Origin: an uncultured Pirellulales bacterium
GTDB taxonomy: Bacteria; Planctomycetota; Planctomycetia; Pirellulales; Pb10988
Assembly (NCBI GenBank): GCA_964648025.1
Contig: CAZYKP010000021.1
Span: forward strand, 33,472 to 97,471
Direction: 5' to 3'
DNA: 64,000 nt
Position numbers and translations under genes: made by a program. The notes under the pieces are model-generated. The model was given only the letters and a program-made list of their open reading frames with translations, was not told the origin of the DNA and made no database searches. This document shows, piece by piece, positions 56,412-64,000 of the stretch. Numbering within the stretch: the first letter of the stretch is position 1; every line of letters starts with the position of its first letter.

Positions 56412-57313
56412 GAGGCCAACATACTGACGTGGATAGGCGCTTCTTGCCAGGCAAGGGCGGAGGCCTGAGTTGCGGAAGCTTCGGCTCGAAACTCGCTTCC
56501 CTCACCAACTGCAGGAGCAGGTTTCCAGGCCAGGGTATTCAGCCGGGAGACAAACGACTCCGCGTCAGCGACCTGCGGCCGGCTGACCTTCTTCTTTTGG
56601 GAGAGGGACTCTAACACCACGCCGCTGAGCAACCGTCGCCAGACTTTTTGGCAAGTGGGTGGTTTGTCAAACAAATCAACAGCCACGATCCGATCGCCCA
56701 AGGCGATGGCCATGCCTGTTGCTCCTTCAACGTAGGGGAGATCGGCGAGGGCTGCCTGCAATGCGGTGTTATGAGCAAGGTAGGAATCGTCCATCGATCC
56801 GGTTTGGGAGACGACGTTCAACTGGCCGGAATGCGAGCTCACCTTGCTCCAGACTTCTCCCTGATCGGATCCGTGACCGCTGCCGGATCGCAGCGACCGG
56901 CTCACGGAGCTCTTCAGCGAACATCGTAGCTTTGATGGTGAGTAGTGGTCACTGGGAGAAAACGCGGAGGAGGTGTATCGCCAGCGTCCTTGTTCAACGC
57001 AGGAGACCGGAATCTTCAGCTCGCTCTTGGCGGGGACCAAAACGGTGGTGTTGAGGATCCTGTTTTGCTTGGCACCGATGAGTTGTTCGCCTTCCAGCAG
57101 CAACACGCGGCTGTTGCTCTGATTGCAGACCCGTAACTCGGGCACCGAGCCCGATTCGTCGATCTCTTCAACACGCAGACCCTTGCTCCCAAAAGCTTCC
57201 TCGGCAAGTTGATACTCCAGAGTCTGCGGCAACTGACCCTCCCAAAAAAGCGGGAAGACCGCCAGGTTGTCTAACTCTCGCGGTAGTCCGACCCGCACGG
57301 CTGGAACAAACAT
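56408..57313 (-). CDS. Conserved-looking hypothetical protein (uncharacterised family)
   Basis: 301-aa ORF with ATG start. LAVFPLF..., VPELRVCNQSNSRVLLLEGEQLIGAKQNRILNTTVLVPAKSELKIPVSCVEQGRWRY. I recall this pattern from a DUF-type bacterial family but cannot name it. Confidence 0.7.
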   Translation of the reverse strand: MFVPAVRVGLPRELDNLAVFPLFWEGQLPQTLEYQLAEEAFGSKGLRVEEIDESGSVPELRVCNQSNSRVLLLEGEQLIGAKQNRILNTTVLVPAKSELKIPVSCVEQGRWRYTSSAFSPSDHYSPSKLRCSLKSSVSRSLRSGSGHGSDQGEVWSKVSSHSGQLNVVSQTGSMDDSYLAHNTALQAALADLPYVEGATGMAIALGDRIVAVDLFDKPPTCQKVWRRLLSGVVLESLSQKKKVSRPQVADAESFVSRLNTLAWKPAPAVGEGSEFRAEASATQASALAWQEAPIHVSMLAS

Positions 57314-57495
57314 GCTGTTTCTCCTGCATGAGATGGTTGATGATGAGATTTCTGTGAACTACCCCTCTCTTTCAACGCTTGGGTGCAGGGTGTTTTTCTG
57401 GATTGCTCGTACCTCGACTGTTCCAGATCGTGGCAGAGGTCCAACCTGGAGTGCCCTCAACAAATCCAGGCAAGAACATCTGGGTGAGCACAAGG

Positions 57496-57596
57496 TCTCA
57501 GAGTCTGTCCGAAATAGTGGCGGAGGCACAACGGCTGGTGGCTCACGAGTCTTGATGCAACGAATCCTCGTTGTGCCGGGACACTTTTCGGACAGT
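57496..57596 (+). repeat. Family D element, copy D2
   Basis: tctcagagtctgtccgaaatagtggcggaggcacaacggctggtggctcacgagtcttgatgcaacgaatcctcgttgtgccgggacacttttcggacagt. It is the inverted counterpart of 14498-14598. Confidence 0.9.
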
Positions 57597-57602
57597 CACT
57601 CA

Positions 57603-57670
57603 GAGGTTGAGGGTTCTCAGAGGTTGAGGGTTCTCAGTGCTTGAGGGTTCTCAGTGCTTGAGGGTTCTCA
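57603..57670. repeat. 4 x 17-bp tandem array abutting D2
   Basis: gaggttgagggttctca x2, then gtgcttgagggttctca x2. Confidence 0.9.
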
Positions 57671-58053
57671 GGGGGCAGGAGGTTTTGGGACAAGGGCTAC
57701 ATCTGGGCCTTTCCAACGATCTGAGTTTGTCGGCAGTGTTCGTCCCAGGTTGGATTCCTCGTGAAGCCCGAAGAGCGTACTGCCTCTGGACTCAATCCAG
57801 CGGACTCGTTGGTTTTGAGGGGCTCAGATTTGTCAAACTGCAAGACCGGAGTTGCAAGACCAGAACTGCTGAAACGTATCCTTGGGGCCTGACCCTGGTG
57901 AGGTGGCCATCAAGAGGCTAGACTCCCCTCGGCATAGGCTGCTACTTCTGCAAGGTCGTTCCGACTCCACTGCTCTATTCTGGGAACGGTGGGAGGCCCA
58001 TCTCTCAGGGAGCGTTCCTACCTTCCCAACTGGCTCTCGACACTGGTTGCTTT

Positions 58054-61000
58054 ATGGAACGTCGACGTTCTTACTCATCCCCTGTTGCCTGGATTTTGCT
58101 GGTGGTCTGCACCACTGGCCCTAGCTGGGCCGGTGACTGGCCGATGTGGCGATATGGGGCCCTACGTGGCGGGGCTGCACCAGATGCTCTGCCGACCAAT
58201 CTGAAGCTCGCCTGGACCCGTCAACTGCCCCCGGCCAACCCAGCTTGGCCGGTCACGCAACCACGGCTCCGCTTTGACGTGGCCCCGCATCCGGTCGCGG
58301 CAGGAGAACGGATCTTCGTCCCCTCGACAGTCACCGACTCGGTGACCGCCTACGACACACACAGCGGCCGGCAACTCTGGCGTCGTGTGGCAGACGGTCC
58401 GGTGCGGTTTGCTCCTGTTGTCAACCAAGGGCGTGTTTACTTTGTCAGCGATGACGGGCATTTGTACTGTGTTGACGCCAACACGGGAGACTTGAAGTGG
58501 AAAGTCTCCGGGGGGCCAACCGATCGGCGGATTCTGGGAAACAGCCGTCTGATCTCCACTTGGCCTGCGCGAGGAGGACCGGTGCTCCATCAGGGACGCA
58601 TCTATTTTACCGCCAGCATCTGGCCGTTTATGGGGATCTTCGTTCATGCGGTCGACCCAGAATCCGGCCAAATCATCTGGACCAACAGCGGTGACGGCAC
58701 CAACTGGACCATCCAACCGCATGGGGCGCCATCCTTCGCAACGGTCTCACCACAAGGTCACCTCGCGGCCTCCGGAGATTATTTGATCGTTCCCGGGGGG
58801 CGAAGCGTGCCAGCGGTTTTTGATACCAACGATGGTCAGCTTCTCCATTTTCGCTACAGTGGCAAGCACGGCGGTCATGAGGTCTGGGCCACCGATACCA
58901 GCTACTTTGTTGGAGGAAACGGTTACGCCCTCTCCAGCGGTGGCAATGTCGCTCTGCCCCAGCCCACCTTCATCGCCGGAGATCGCCAGGTGCTGGCCAG
59001 CTCGGACAGCGTCCGCCTGCTTCAGTCGGTCTCCGCGGAACAAGCCCCCCGGCAGAAGCTTCTCCGCGACCGCCGAGGTCAACTGTTGGAGGCTGACCGA
59101 AAGCATCTTCTTGAGCAGTCAGTTGTGCGGCTGGCTCGTCCAGTCTCAGCCGGTTGGCTGCTGCAGGCAGGTCCCATCCTGGTGGGAATGGAATCCCCGC
59201 AACAGTTGGTCGCCTATCAGTTGCCGGAGAACTCCGATCCCCAGACTCCCCTGCAACCAGTCTGGAGCCACCCCATTGAGGGCCAGGTCTGGTCTGCCTT
59301 GGCCGCCGATGACCGCCTGTTTGTGGTGACCCTCGATGGCAAGTTGTCCTGCTTTGCGCCTGAGAGAGAATCCGAGAAACCGACTCACCATCCTCTCTCC
59401 GAAAAATCCTTGGCCTCTTCCGAAGACGCCGCTGCCCTCCTGGCCACCAAGCTGTTGGCCGAGCCATCCTCCCGGCAAGGTTATGGGGTGGTCCTCGGTC
59501 TTCAAGACGGGCGGTTGGTCGAGGAACTGCTGCAACGGTCCGACTTGATGTTGATTGCGGTTGATCCGCAAGCCGAGCGAGTCACCGCCCTTCGCAAGCG
59601 GCTGATCGCCGCTGGACTCTATGGCCGTCGAGTTTCGGTGCATCAAGGCGACCTCAGCACATTCTCCCTGCCCCCCTATCTCGCCAATGTGCTCACCAGC
59701 GAGCGACCGGAAACAGCCGCCGGTTGGATCGCTCACGCCTCCGGTAGTCTGCGGCCCTACGGTGGCCGCATCGTATTGGCCACCACCAAGCAGCAGCACG
59801 CTGGACTAAGCAAACAAATTGAGAACCCGACAACTTTCGAGAAACAGGGCGGCCAACATCCCTCCAGCCAGCAACCTGACGCCTCGGCATTGGTGCTTCG
59901 CCGAACTCCCACTGGGCTGACAGTCATCGTCAGAGAGGGTCCTCTGCCCGGCAGCGACAGTTGGACTCACCAATATGGTAATCCAGCTCAAACAGGGATT
60001 TCCCAAGAAACTCTTGTGAAGGTCCCGTTGGGGATCCTGTGGTTTGGCGGCCCCTCGCATGAGGGAATCTTGCCCCGCCATGGGCATGGTCCTACCCCTC
60101 AAGTCGCCGGAGGCCGTGTGGTCATTGAGGGACCGGACAAGCTCCGAGCGCTGGACGCCTACACAGGTCGGCTTCTGTGGGAAACGCAGTTTCCGGGCCT
60201 TGGAACGTTTTATGATTCGACGGCGCATCAAGCTGGGGCGGGAGAAATCGGCAGCAATTATGTGACTCTCTCGGATGCCATCTATGTGGTCTACGGTGAT
60301 CGGATCGTGGAATTGGACCCCGAAACAGGTGAGCCCCGGCGGGAGCTGCAGGCCCCATCTCAAGGCGACACCTCGCTGCTCTTTGGTTTCGCCGCAGTCG
60401 ATGGCGACACCCTATTCGCCGCCGCAGCACCACTGGCGGTCAATCCCTCCCGGCAAGGCAGCTCGATTCGGAAACCGGTGCTGCCCCAAGGCGCCTGGAA
60501 GGTCATCAAGGAACATGCTAACTGGCGTTATCTGGCTGGCTCAGACGCCCCTAAAAACTGGGAGTCGATCGGCTTTGATGATTCTCAGTGGCCCTCAGGA
60601 CCGACCTCCATCGGTTACGGTGATGGCGACGACAAAACTCTGCTGAACATGCGGGGGAAGTTTGTGCGGGTCTATATTCGACACCGATTCGAAGGGAAAA
60701 ATCTCCAAGGGATTAAAAAACTTGCCCTGGTGTTGAACTACGACGACGCCTTTATCGCCTACCTCAACGGCCAGGAGGTCGCCCGAGGCGGTGTCGGTTC
60801 AGGTCGTGGACCTGATGCCCAGGGGATCGCCAGCCACGAGGCCCGTGGGGCTGAGTATTTTGAGATCAAGGATTTCGCCAAGCTTCTACGGGCCGGGAAA
60901 AACGTGCTCTGCATTGAAGGACACAACAGAAGCATCAACAGTAGTGACTTCACCTTAGATCCCTTCTTGGTCGCCCTCGGTGGTCAGGCCGCGCAAAAGG

Positions 61001-62511
61001 CCCCATCCTCCGTTCTCGTCCAGGGCCAGCCCAAACAGCCAGATTCCAAACAACCAGGTTCCAAACAGCCAGGTTCCAAACAGCCGGGTTCCAAACAGCC
61101 GGGTTCCAAACAGCCAGGATCCAAACAGCCAGGATCCGAGAAGTCGCAGGTTCCGGCAGCCTTTCGCGAGATCCTTTCGCAACGGGAAGCTTATGCCTCA
61201 GGAAGCCGCTTCTTGATCGCCTTCGATCGCCGCACGGGCAGAAAACTCTGGCAGCGTGAGGCCCAGTTTAACTTTAGGCACAATAATATCGCCCTGGGGG
61301 CCAGCAAAGTCTTTTGTATCGATGCTCTTTCTGAGGCGAAAAAGGCGACGCTCCGCCGTCGAGGAATCGAGTTGCCCGGCCAACCAACCCTGTATGCCTT
61401 GGATGCTCGGTCTGGCGAGGTCGTCTGGCAAACTCATCAGCCGGTCTTTGGGACCTTCCTCAACTATTCCGCCGCTCATGATCTGCTCATTCAAGGGGGC
61501 AGTGCTTATCGGGACCGCGCCCGGGATGAGGTCGGACAGGGCCTGGCCGCCTTCCAGGGATCCGATGGGCAACTCGTCTGGCACAAGCCCACCTTTTCCT
61601 ATGGTGGACCTTGCCTCCTTTGGCGCGACTCCATCGTCACCAACGGCGCTGGGGGACAAGCCCTGGATATCCGCACTGGTGAGCCCACCGGCTGGAGCTA
61701 TCGCCGCAACTACGGCTGCAATACAGCTGTGGGCTGCCAGAACCTGCTGACCTTCCGTTCCGGGGCCGCTGGCTTCTTTGATTTGGCCAGTGACTCGGGC
61801 ACCGGAAACTTGGGCGGGTTCCGATCCAGTTGCACCAACAACCTGATCCCAGCCGATGGTTTGCTCAACGCCCCAGACTACACCCGTACTTGCAACTGTG
61901 CGTATCAGAATCAGACCTCCTTGGCTCTGATTCATTTGCCCCAGGCTGAGTTCTGGGCTTTCGGGGCTGTCTCAGCCGGAAAGCGGTTGGGGATCAACTT
62001 CGCAGCGCCTGGGGACCGCCGAGATGCCCAAGGAACTCTCTGGGTGGATGTCCCGAGCGTGGGTGGACCCTCTCCCCAAGCCGAAGTGAAGCTCTTTCCC
62101 CAAGAAGGTTGGCAGGTCTTTCGTCAGCACAGCTCGCGTGTGCAGGAGGGTTCGTTGCCTTGGGTGGCCGCCTCAGGATTGGAGGGGATTCAACAGATTC
62201 AGTTGCCAGCGCGAGAAGGCCAGCGGTATCAGTTGCGACTGATTTTCCTGGAACCCCGCGAGCAGATGCAGGGCCGCAGGGTCTTCGATGTGTTCGTCCA
62301 AGGCCACATGCGGCTGAGGGGTTTGGATGTGCATCAGCAGGCCGGTGGTCCCTGGCGGGCGTTGACCAAGCGGCTGCAGGTGTCCGGCTCGAAAGACGGA
62401 ATCACAATTGAGTTCAAACCGCAAGGGAGTGAGCAAGCTGTGATCTCGGGAATTGAGTTGGTTCCGGCAAAGGCGACCAACCCTGATGAGTCCGAGACCT
62501 CGGCTCAGTAG
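58054..62511 (+). CDS. 1485-aa secreted multidomain protein: PQQ-like propeller, SAM-methyltransferase-like module, second propeller, jelly-roll module, third propeller, malectin-like C-terminus
   Basis: Signal peptide VAWILLVVCTTGPSWAG. Repeated propeller strings (VYFVSDDGHLYCVDANTGDLKWK, LRALDAYTGRLLWE, LYALDARSGEVVWQ). Methyltransferase-like GYGVVLGLQDGRLVEELL...LIAVDPQ...VSVHQGD. WRYLAGSDAPKNWESIGFDDSQWPSG. C-terminal RVFDVFVQG. Confidence 0.85.
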   Translation: MERRRSYSSPVAWILLVVCTTGPSWAGDWPMWRYGALRGGAAPDALPTNLKLAWTRQLPPANPAWPVTQPRLRFDVAPHPVAAGERIFVPSTVTDSVTAYDTHSGRQLWRRVADGPVRFAPVVNQGRVYFVSDDGHLYCVDANTGDLKWKVSGGPTDRRILGNSRLISTWPARGGPVLHQGRIYFTASIWPFMGIFVHAVDPESGQIIWTNSGDGTNWTIQPHGAPSFATVSPQGHLAASGDYLIVPGGRSVPAVFDTNDGQLLHFRYSGKHGGHEVWATDTSYFVGGNGYALSSGGNVALPQPTFIAGDRQVLASSDSVRLLQSVSAEQAPRQKLLRDRRGQLLEADRKHLLEQSVVRLARPVSAGWLLQAGPILVGMESPQQLVAYQLPENSDPQTPLQPVWSHPIEGQVWSALAADDRLFVVTLDGKLSCFAPERESEKPTHHPLSEKSLASSEDAAALLATKLLAEPSSRQGYGVVLGLQDGRLVEELLQRSDLMLIAVDPQAERVTALRKRLIAAGLYGRRVSVHQGDLSTFSLPPYLANVLTSERPETAAGWIAHASGSLRPYGGRIVLATTKQQHAGLSKQIENPTTFEKQGGQHPSSQQPDASALVLRRTPTGLTVIVREGPLPGSDSWTHQYGNPAQTGISQETLVKVPLGILWFGGPSHEGILPRHGHGPTPQVAGGRVVIEGPDKLRALDAYTGRLLWETQFPGLGTFYDSTAHQAGAGEIGSNYVTLSDAIYVVYGDRIVELDPETGEPRRELQAPSQGDTSLLFGFAAVDGDTLFAAAAPLAVNPSRQGSSIRKPVLPQGAWKVIKEHANWRYLAGSDAPKNWESIGFDDSQWPSGPTSIGYGDGDDKTLLNMRGKFVRVYIRHRFEGKNLQGIKKLALVLNYDDAFIAYLNGQEVARGGVGSGRGPDAQGIASHEARGAEYFEIKDFAKLLRAGKNVLCIEGHNRSINSSDFTLDPFLVALGGQAAQKAPSSVLVQGQPKQPDSKQPGSKQPGSKQPGSKQPGSKQPGSKQPGSEKSQVPAAFREILSQREAYASGSRFLIAFDRRTGRKLWQREAQFNFRHNNIALGASKVFCIDALSEAKKATLRRRGIELPGQPTLYALDARSGEVVWQTHQPVFGTFLNYSAAHDLLIQGGSAYRDRARDEVGQGLAAFQGSDGQLVWHKPTFSYGGPCLLWRDSIVTNGAGGQALDIRTGEPTGWSYRRNYGCNTAVGCQNLLTFRSGAAGFFDLASDSGTGNLGGFRSSCTNNLIPADGLLNAPDYTRTCNCAYQNQTSLALIHLPQAEFWAFGAVSAGKRLGINFAAPGDRRDAQGTLWVDVPSVGGPSPQAEVKLFPQEGWQVFRQHSSRVQEGSLPWVAASGLEGIQQIQLPAREGQRYQLRLIFLEPREQMQGRRVFDVFVQGHMRLRGLDVHQQAGGPWRALTKRLQVSGSKDGITIEFKPQGSEQAVISGIELVPAKATNPDESETSAQ
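61033..61137. repeat. In-frame 7 x 15-bp tandem array (KQPGS)
   Basis: aaaca(g/a)cc(a/g)g(a/g)ttcc x7 inside CDS 58054-62511. Confidence 0.9.
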
Positions 62512-62591
62512 CCCAAAGGGCGGAGGCGATCAACCCAGTTGATCCTCGGCCACCGCGAGCCCACAGACCGCAAGGCTGCAGGCTTGTGATC

Positions 62592-62671
62592 CTTAAAGAC
62601 TGTGACGCTTAAAGACTGTGACGCTTAAAGACTGTGACGCTTGAAGACCGTGACGCTTGAAGACTGTGATC
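62592..62671. repeat. 5 x 16-bp tandem array
   Basis: cttaaagactgtgacg x3, then cttgaagaccgtgacg and cttgaagactgtgatc. Lies in the convergent intergenic region between 62511 and 62731. Confidence 0.9.
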
Positions 62672-62730
62672 TTCTTGGGGATTGCGGTCCGCAGAGGAGG
62701 CCTGTTAGGTGTTCTGATCACCGATGACCG

Positions 62731-63600
62731 TTAGAGGTACTCGTCCTCGAGCTGATCAAGGGTCTCTGGGTCGAACTGATCATCAGGTTGAGGTCGCTTT
62801 GGCGGTGCGGCGAAGAGCATGTTGTACAACTCATGATGCCGCTCTGGCCGGATGCAATAGAAGTTGTGTTTGCCCTCTCGCCGAGAATCCACCAACTGCA
62901 GACCTTTGAGCAATTTGAGATGGTGGCTGACCGCAGGTTGGCTCTGGTGGCATAAGTCACAGAGGGCGCGAACATGCAACTCGCCGTTCTGGAACAAGTA
63001 GAACAAAATCCGCAAGCGTGTTCGATCTGACAGCACCTGAAAGATGTTCCTCAGATGCTCAACGGTCTCATCAAGGTCCGCCTGCGATAGCAACGGGAAA
63101 CCTTCACCGAGCGTCGCCGACCCGACTGGCCCCTCACCGGCCACCCCGGGGCCGGCTCCTGATTGACTGGAAACGTCATCAGCTGACTTTTGGCCTGTTG
63201 GCCTTTCCAATGCAACGGCAAGCTCGGCAGCAGCAAGTCGGTCCTGAGGGGCGATCGTCGGCAAAGGAGTGCTCTGGTTTGCTGGTCGGTCAGCTGACTT
63301 GTCGGCCGCTCGGTGGGAAGCCGGTTGTTCCTCAGCCGGTTGTTCCTCAGCCGGTTCTTGACGAGCGGGCGAGATGAGGTTGGCAGGAGCAACTCCATCG
63401 CCAGGGGGGCAGTTTGGGTTTGGTTCACTCGAAGGAGAGCGAACGCCTTGCGGAATTGTTGGGTCGGATCGAGGAGATGTTGATGTGTTTTCGATTCGGC
63501 GGCTCTGCGGATGAAGTGACCCGCGGTTCTTATCCATGATGACGTCGGTCTTCACCAAAACACCTCTTCGAGGCTCTTCCAAAAGTGTCCTGGACCCCAA
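62731..63600 (-). CDS. ArsR/SmtB-family transcriptional regulator with a long low-complexity N-terminal extension
   Basis: C-terminal ~100 aa: LSDRTRLRILFYLFQNGELHVRALCDLCHQSQPAVSHHLKLLKGLQLVDSRREGKHNFY. Start is ambiguous (TTG 63600 or ATG 63537). In-frame 15-bp repeat (AEEQP x2) at ~63321-63350. Confidence 0.75.
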   Translation of the reverse strand: MGSRTLLEEPRRGVLVKTDVIMDKNRGSLHPQSRRIENTSTSPRSDPTIPQGVRSPSSEPNPNCPPGDGVAPANLISPARQEPAEEQPAEEQPASHRAADKSADRPANQSTPLPTIAPQDRLAAAELAVALERPTGQKSADDVSSQSGAGPGVAGEGPVGSATLGEGFPLLSQADLDETVEHLRNIFQVLSDRTRLRILFYLFQNGELHVRALCDLCHQSQPAVSHHLKLLKGLQLVDSRREGKHNFYCIRPERHHELYNMLFAAPPKRPQPDDQFDPETLDQLEDEYL

Positions 63601-63962
63601 AACGAATCTGAGGGGATCGTTGCTACGACGTGTCGGCGTGAGCTACTTCTGGAAGAGACAGTCAGTGTGGAAGATTGGGTGCTGACCCGTTCACCGACCG
63701 ACCTTCGGCAACTCATTTCACCAAGCGTTGGGTTCTTGTTTTTCGGTAAGCTCCCAACGATCACGAGGTTGGTCGTGAATGGACCGACAAGGAACCTGCC
63801 TGCTGGCCAGGCCGAACCGAGGCTGCCGGACAAGAGTGCTCAGCAGAAGACATGCAGTTCGGGAAATGTCGTTGGCTGAGGTTGGCCCCACGTCAACCTT
63901 GCCATCCAAACTACTCCACCAACAAGTGGCTGGTCAACTGTCCGCCAATCCTTCGGCGACCT

Positions 63963-64000
63963 AACTACTTGTGGGGAAAATTCTTGCTCGTCCAAAACGC
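63963..64000 (-). repeat. Family A element, copy A6, truncated by the window edge
   Basis: aactacttgtggggaaaattcttgctcgtccaaaacgc parallels the start of A1 (gactgctgccttcggaaaagtcttgctcggccaaaacacgc). Confidence 0.6.

Noticed and set aside
1-64000. tRNA, rRNA, tmRNA, RNase P or SRP RNA genes
   Set aside because: I scanned the intergenic regions by eye for T-loop-like GGTTCGAATCC/GTTCGAGTC strings and other hallmark motifs and found none. The only ggttcga hit (28910) is inside family C. A tRNAscan/Infernal run would be needed to be certain.
1-64000. Prophage, integrative element, IS or genomic island boundaries
   Set aside because: No integrase, transposase, phage structural or conjugation genes were recognised. 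The repeat families lack any coding capacity.

Overview
Moderately GC-rich bacterial chromosomal segment. The gene content looks planctomycete (Pirellulales-like): a DUF1559 protein with a prepilin-type N-terminus, sulfatases, a giant CxxCH heme-binding/HEAT protein, DUF1573, a PEP-CTERM protein, very large PQQ-propeller proteins, and an ATP-grasp plus hydantoinase-like pair of the H4MPT/methanofuran cofactor type. I support about 38 protein-coding genes. Housekeeping genes include lysC, nadA, trpG/pabA, a 2-hydroxyacid dehydrogenase, prolyl oligopeptidase, yqgE, TerC and an ABC ATPase; the rest are mostly lineage-typical secreted or membrane proteins. At least four genes are decayed. I found no rRNA, tRNA, CRISPR array, transposase, integrase or phage genes. 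What the ORFs do not explain is the non-coding architecture. Four families of imperfect-palindromic interspersed elements of about 100-175 bp (A-D, 16 copies) sit at gene boundaries and cluster together. One interrupts a gene and another supplies the 5' end of a gene. In addition there are more than 20 short tandem arrays (9-22 bp units, 2-8 copies) in leaders, at 3' ends, and in frame inside genes. The best candidates for uncharacterised systems are the O-antigen-ligase-like/DUF1573/degenerate-phosphoesterase-tetraheme cluster (36.2-41.9 kb), the ATP-grasp plus hydantoinase-like pair (45.9-48.5 kb), a 763-aa 2OG-oxygenase fusion, a 1485-aa PQQ/methyltransferase/malectin-like protein, and a convergent overlapping pair of unknown genes (56.1-57.3 kb). 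All calls come from motif recognition and manual alignment. No database search or folding was run, and repeat coordinates may be off by 1-3 nt.
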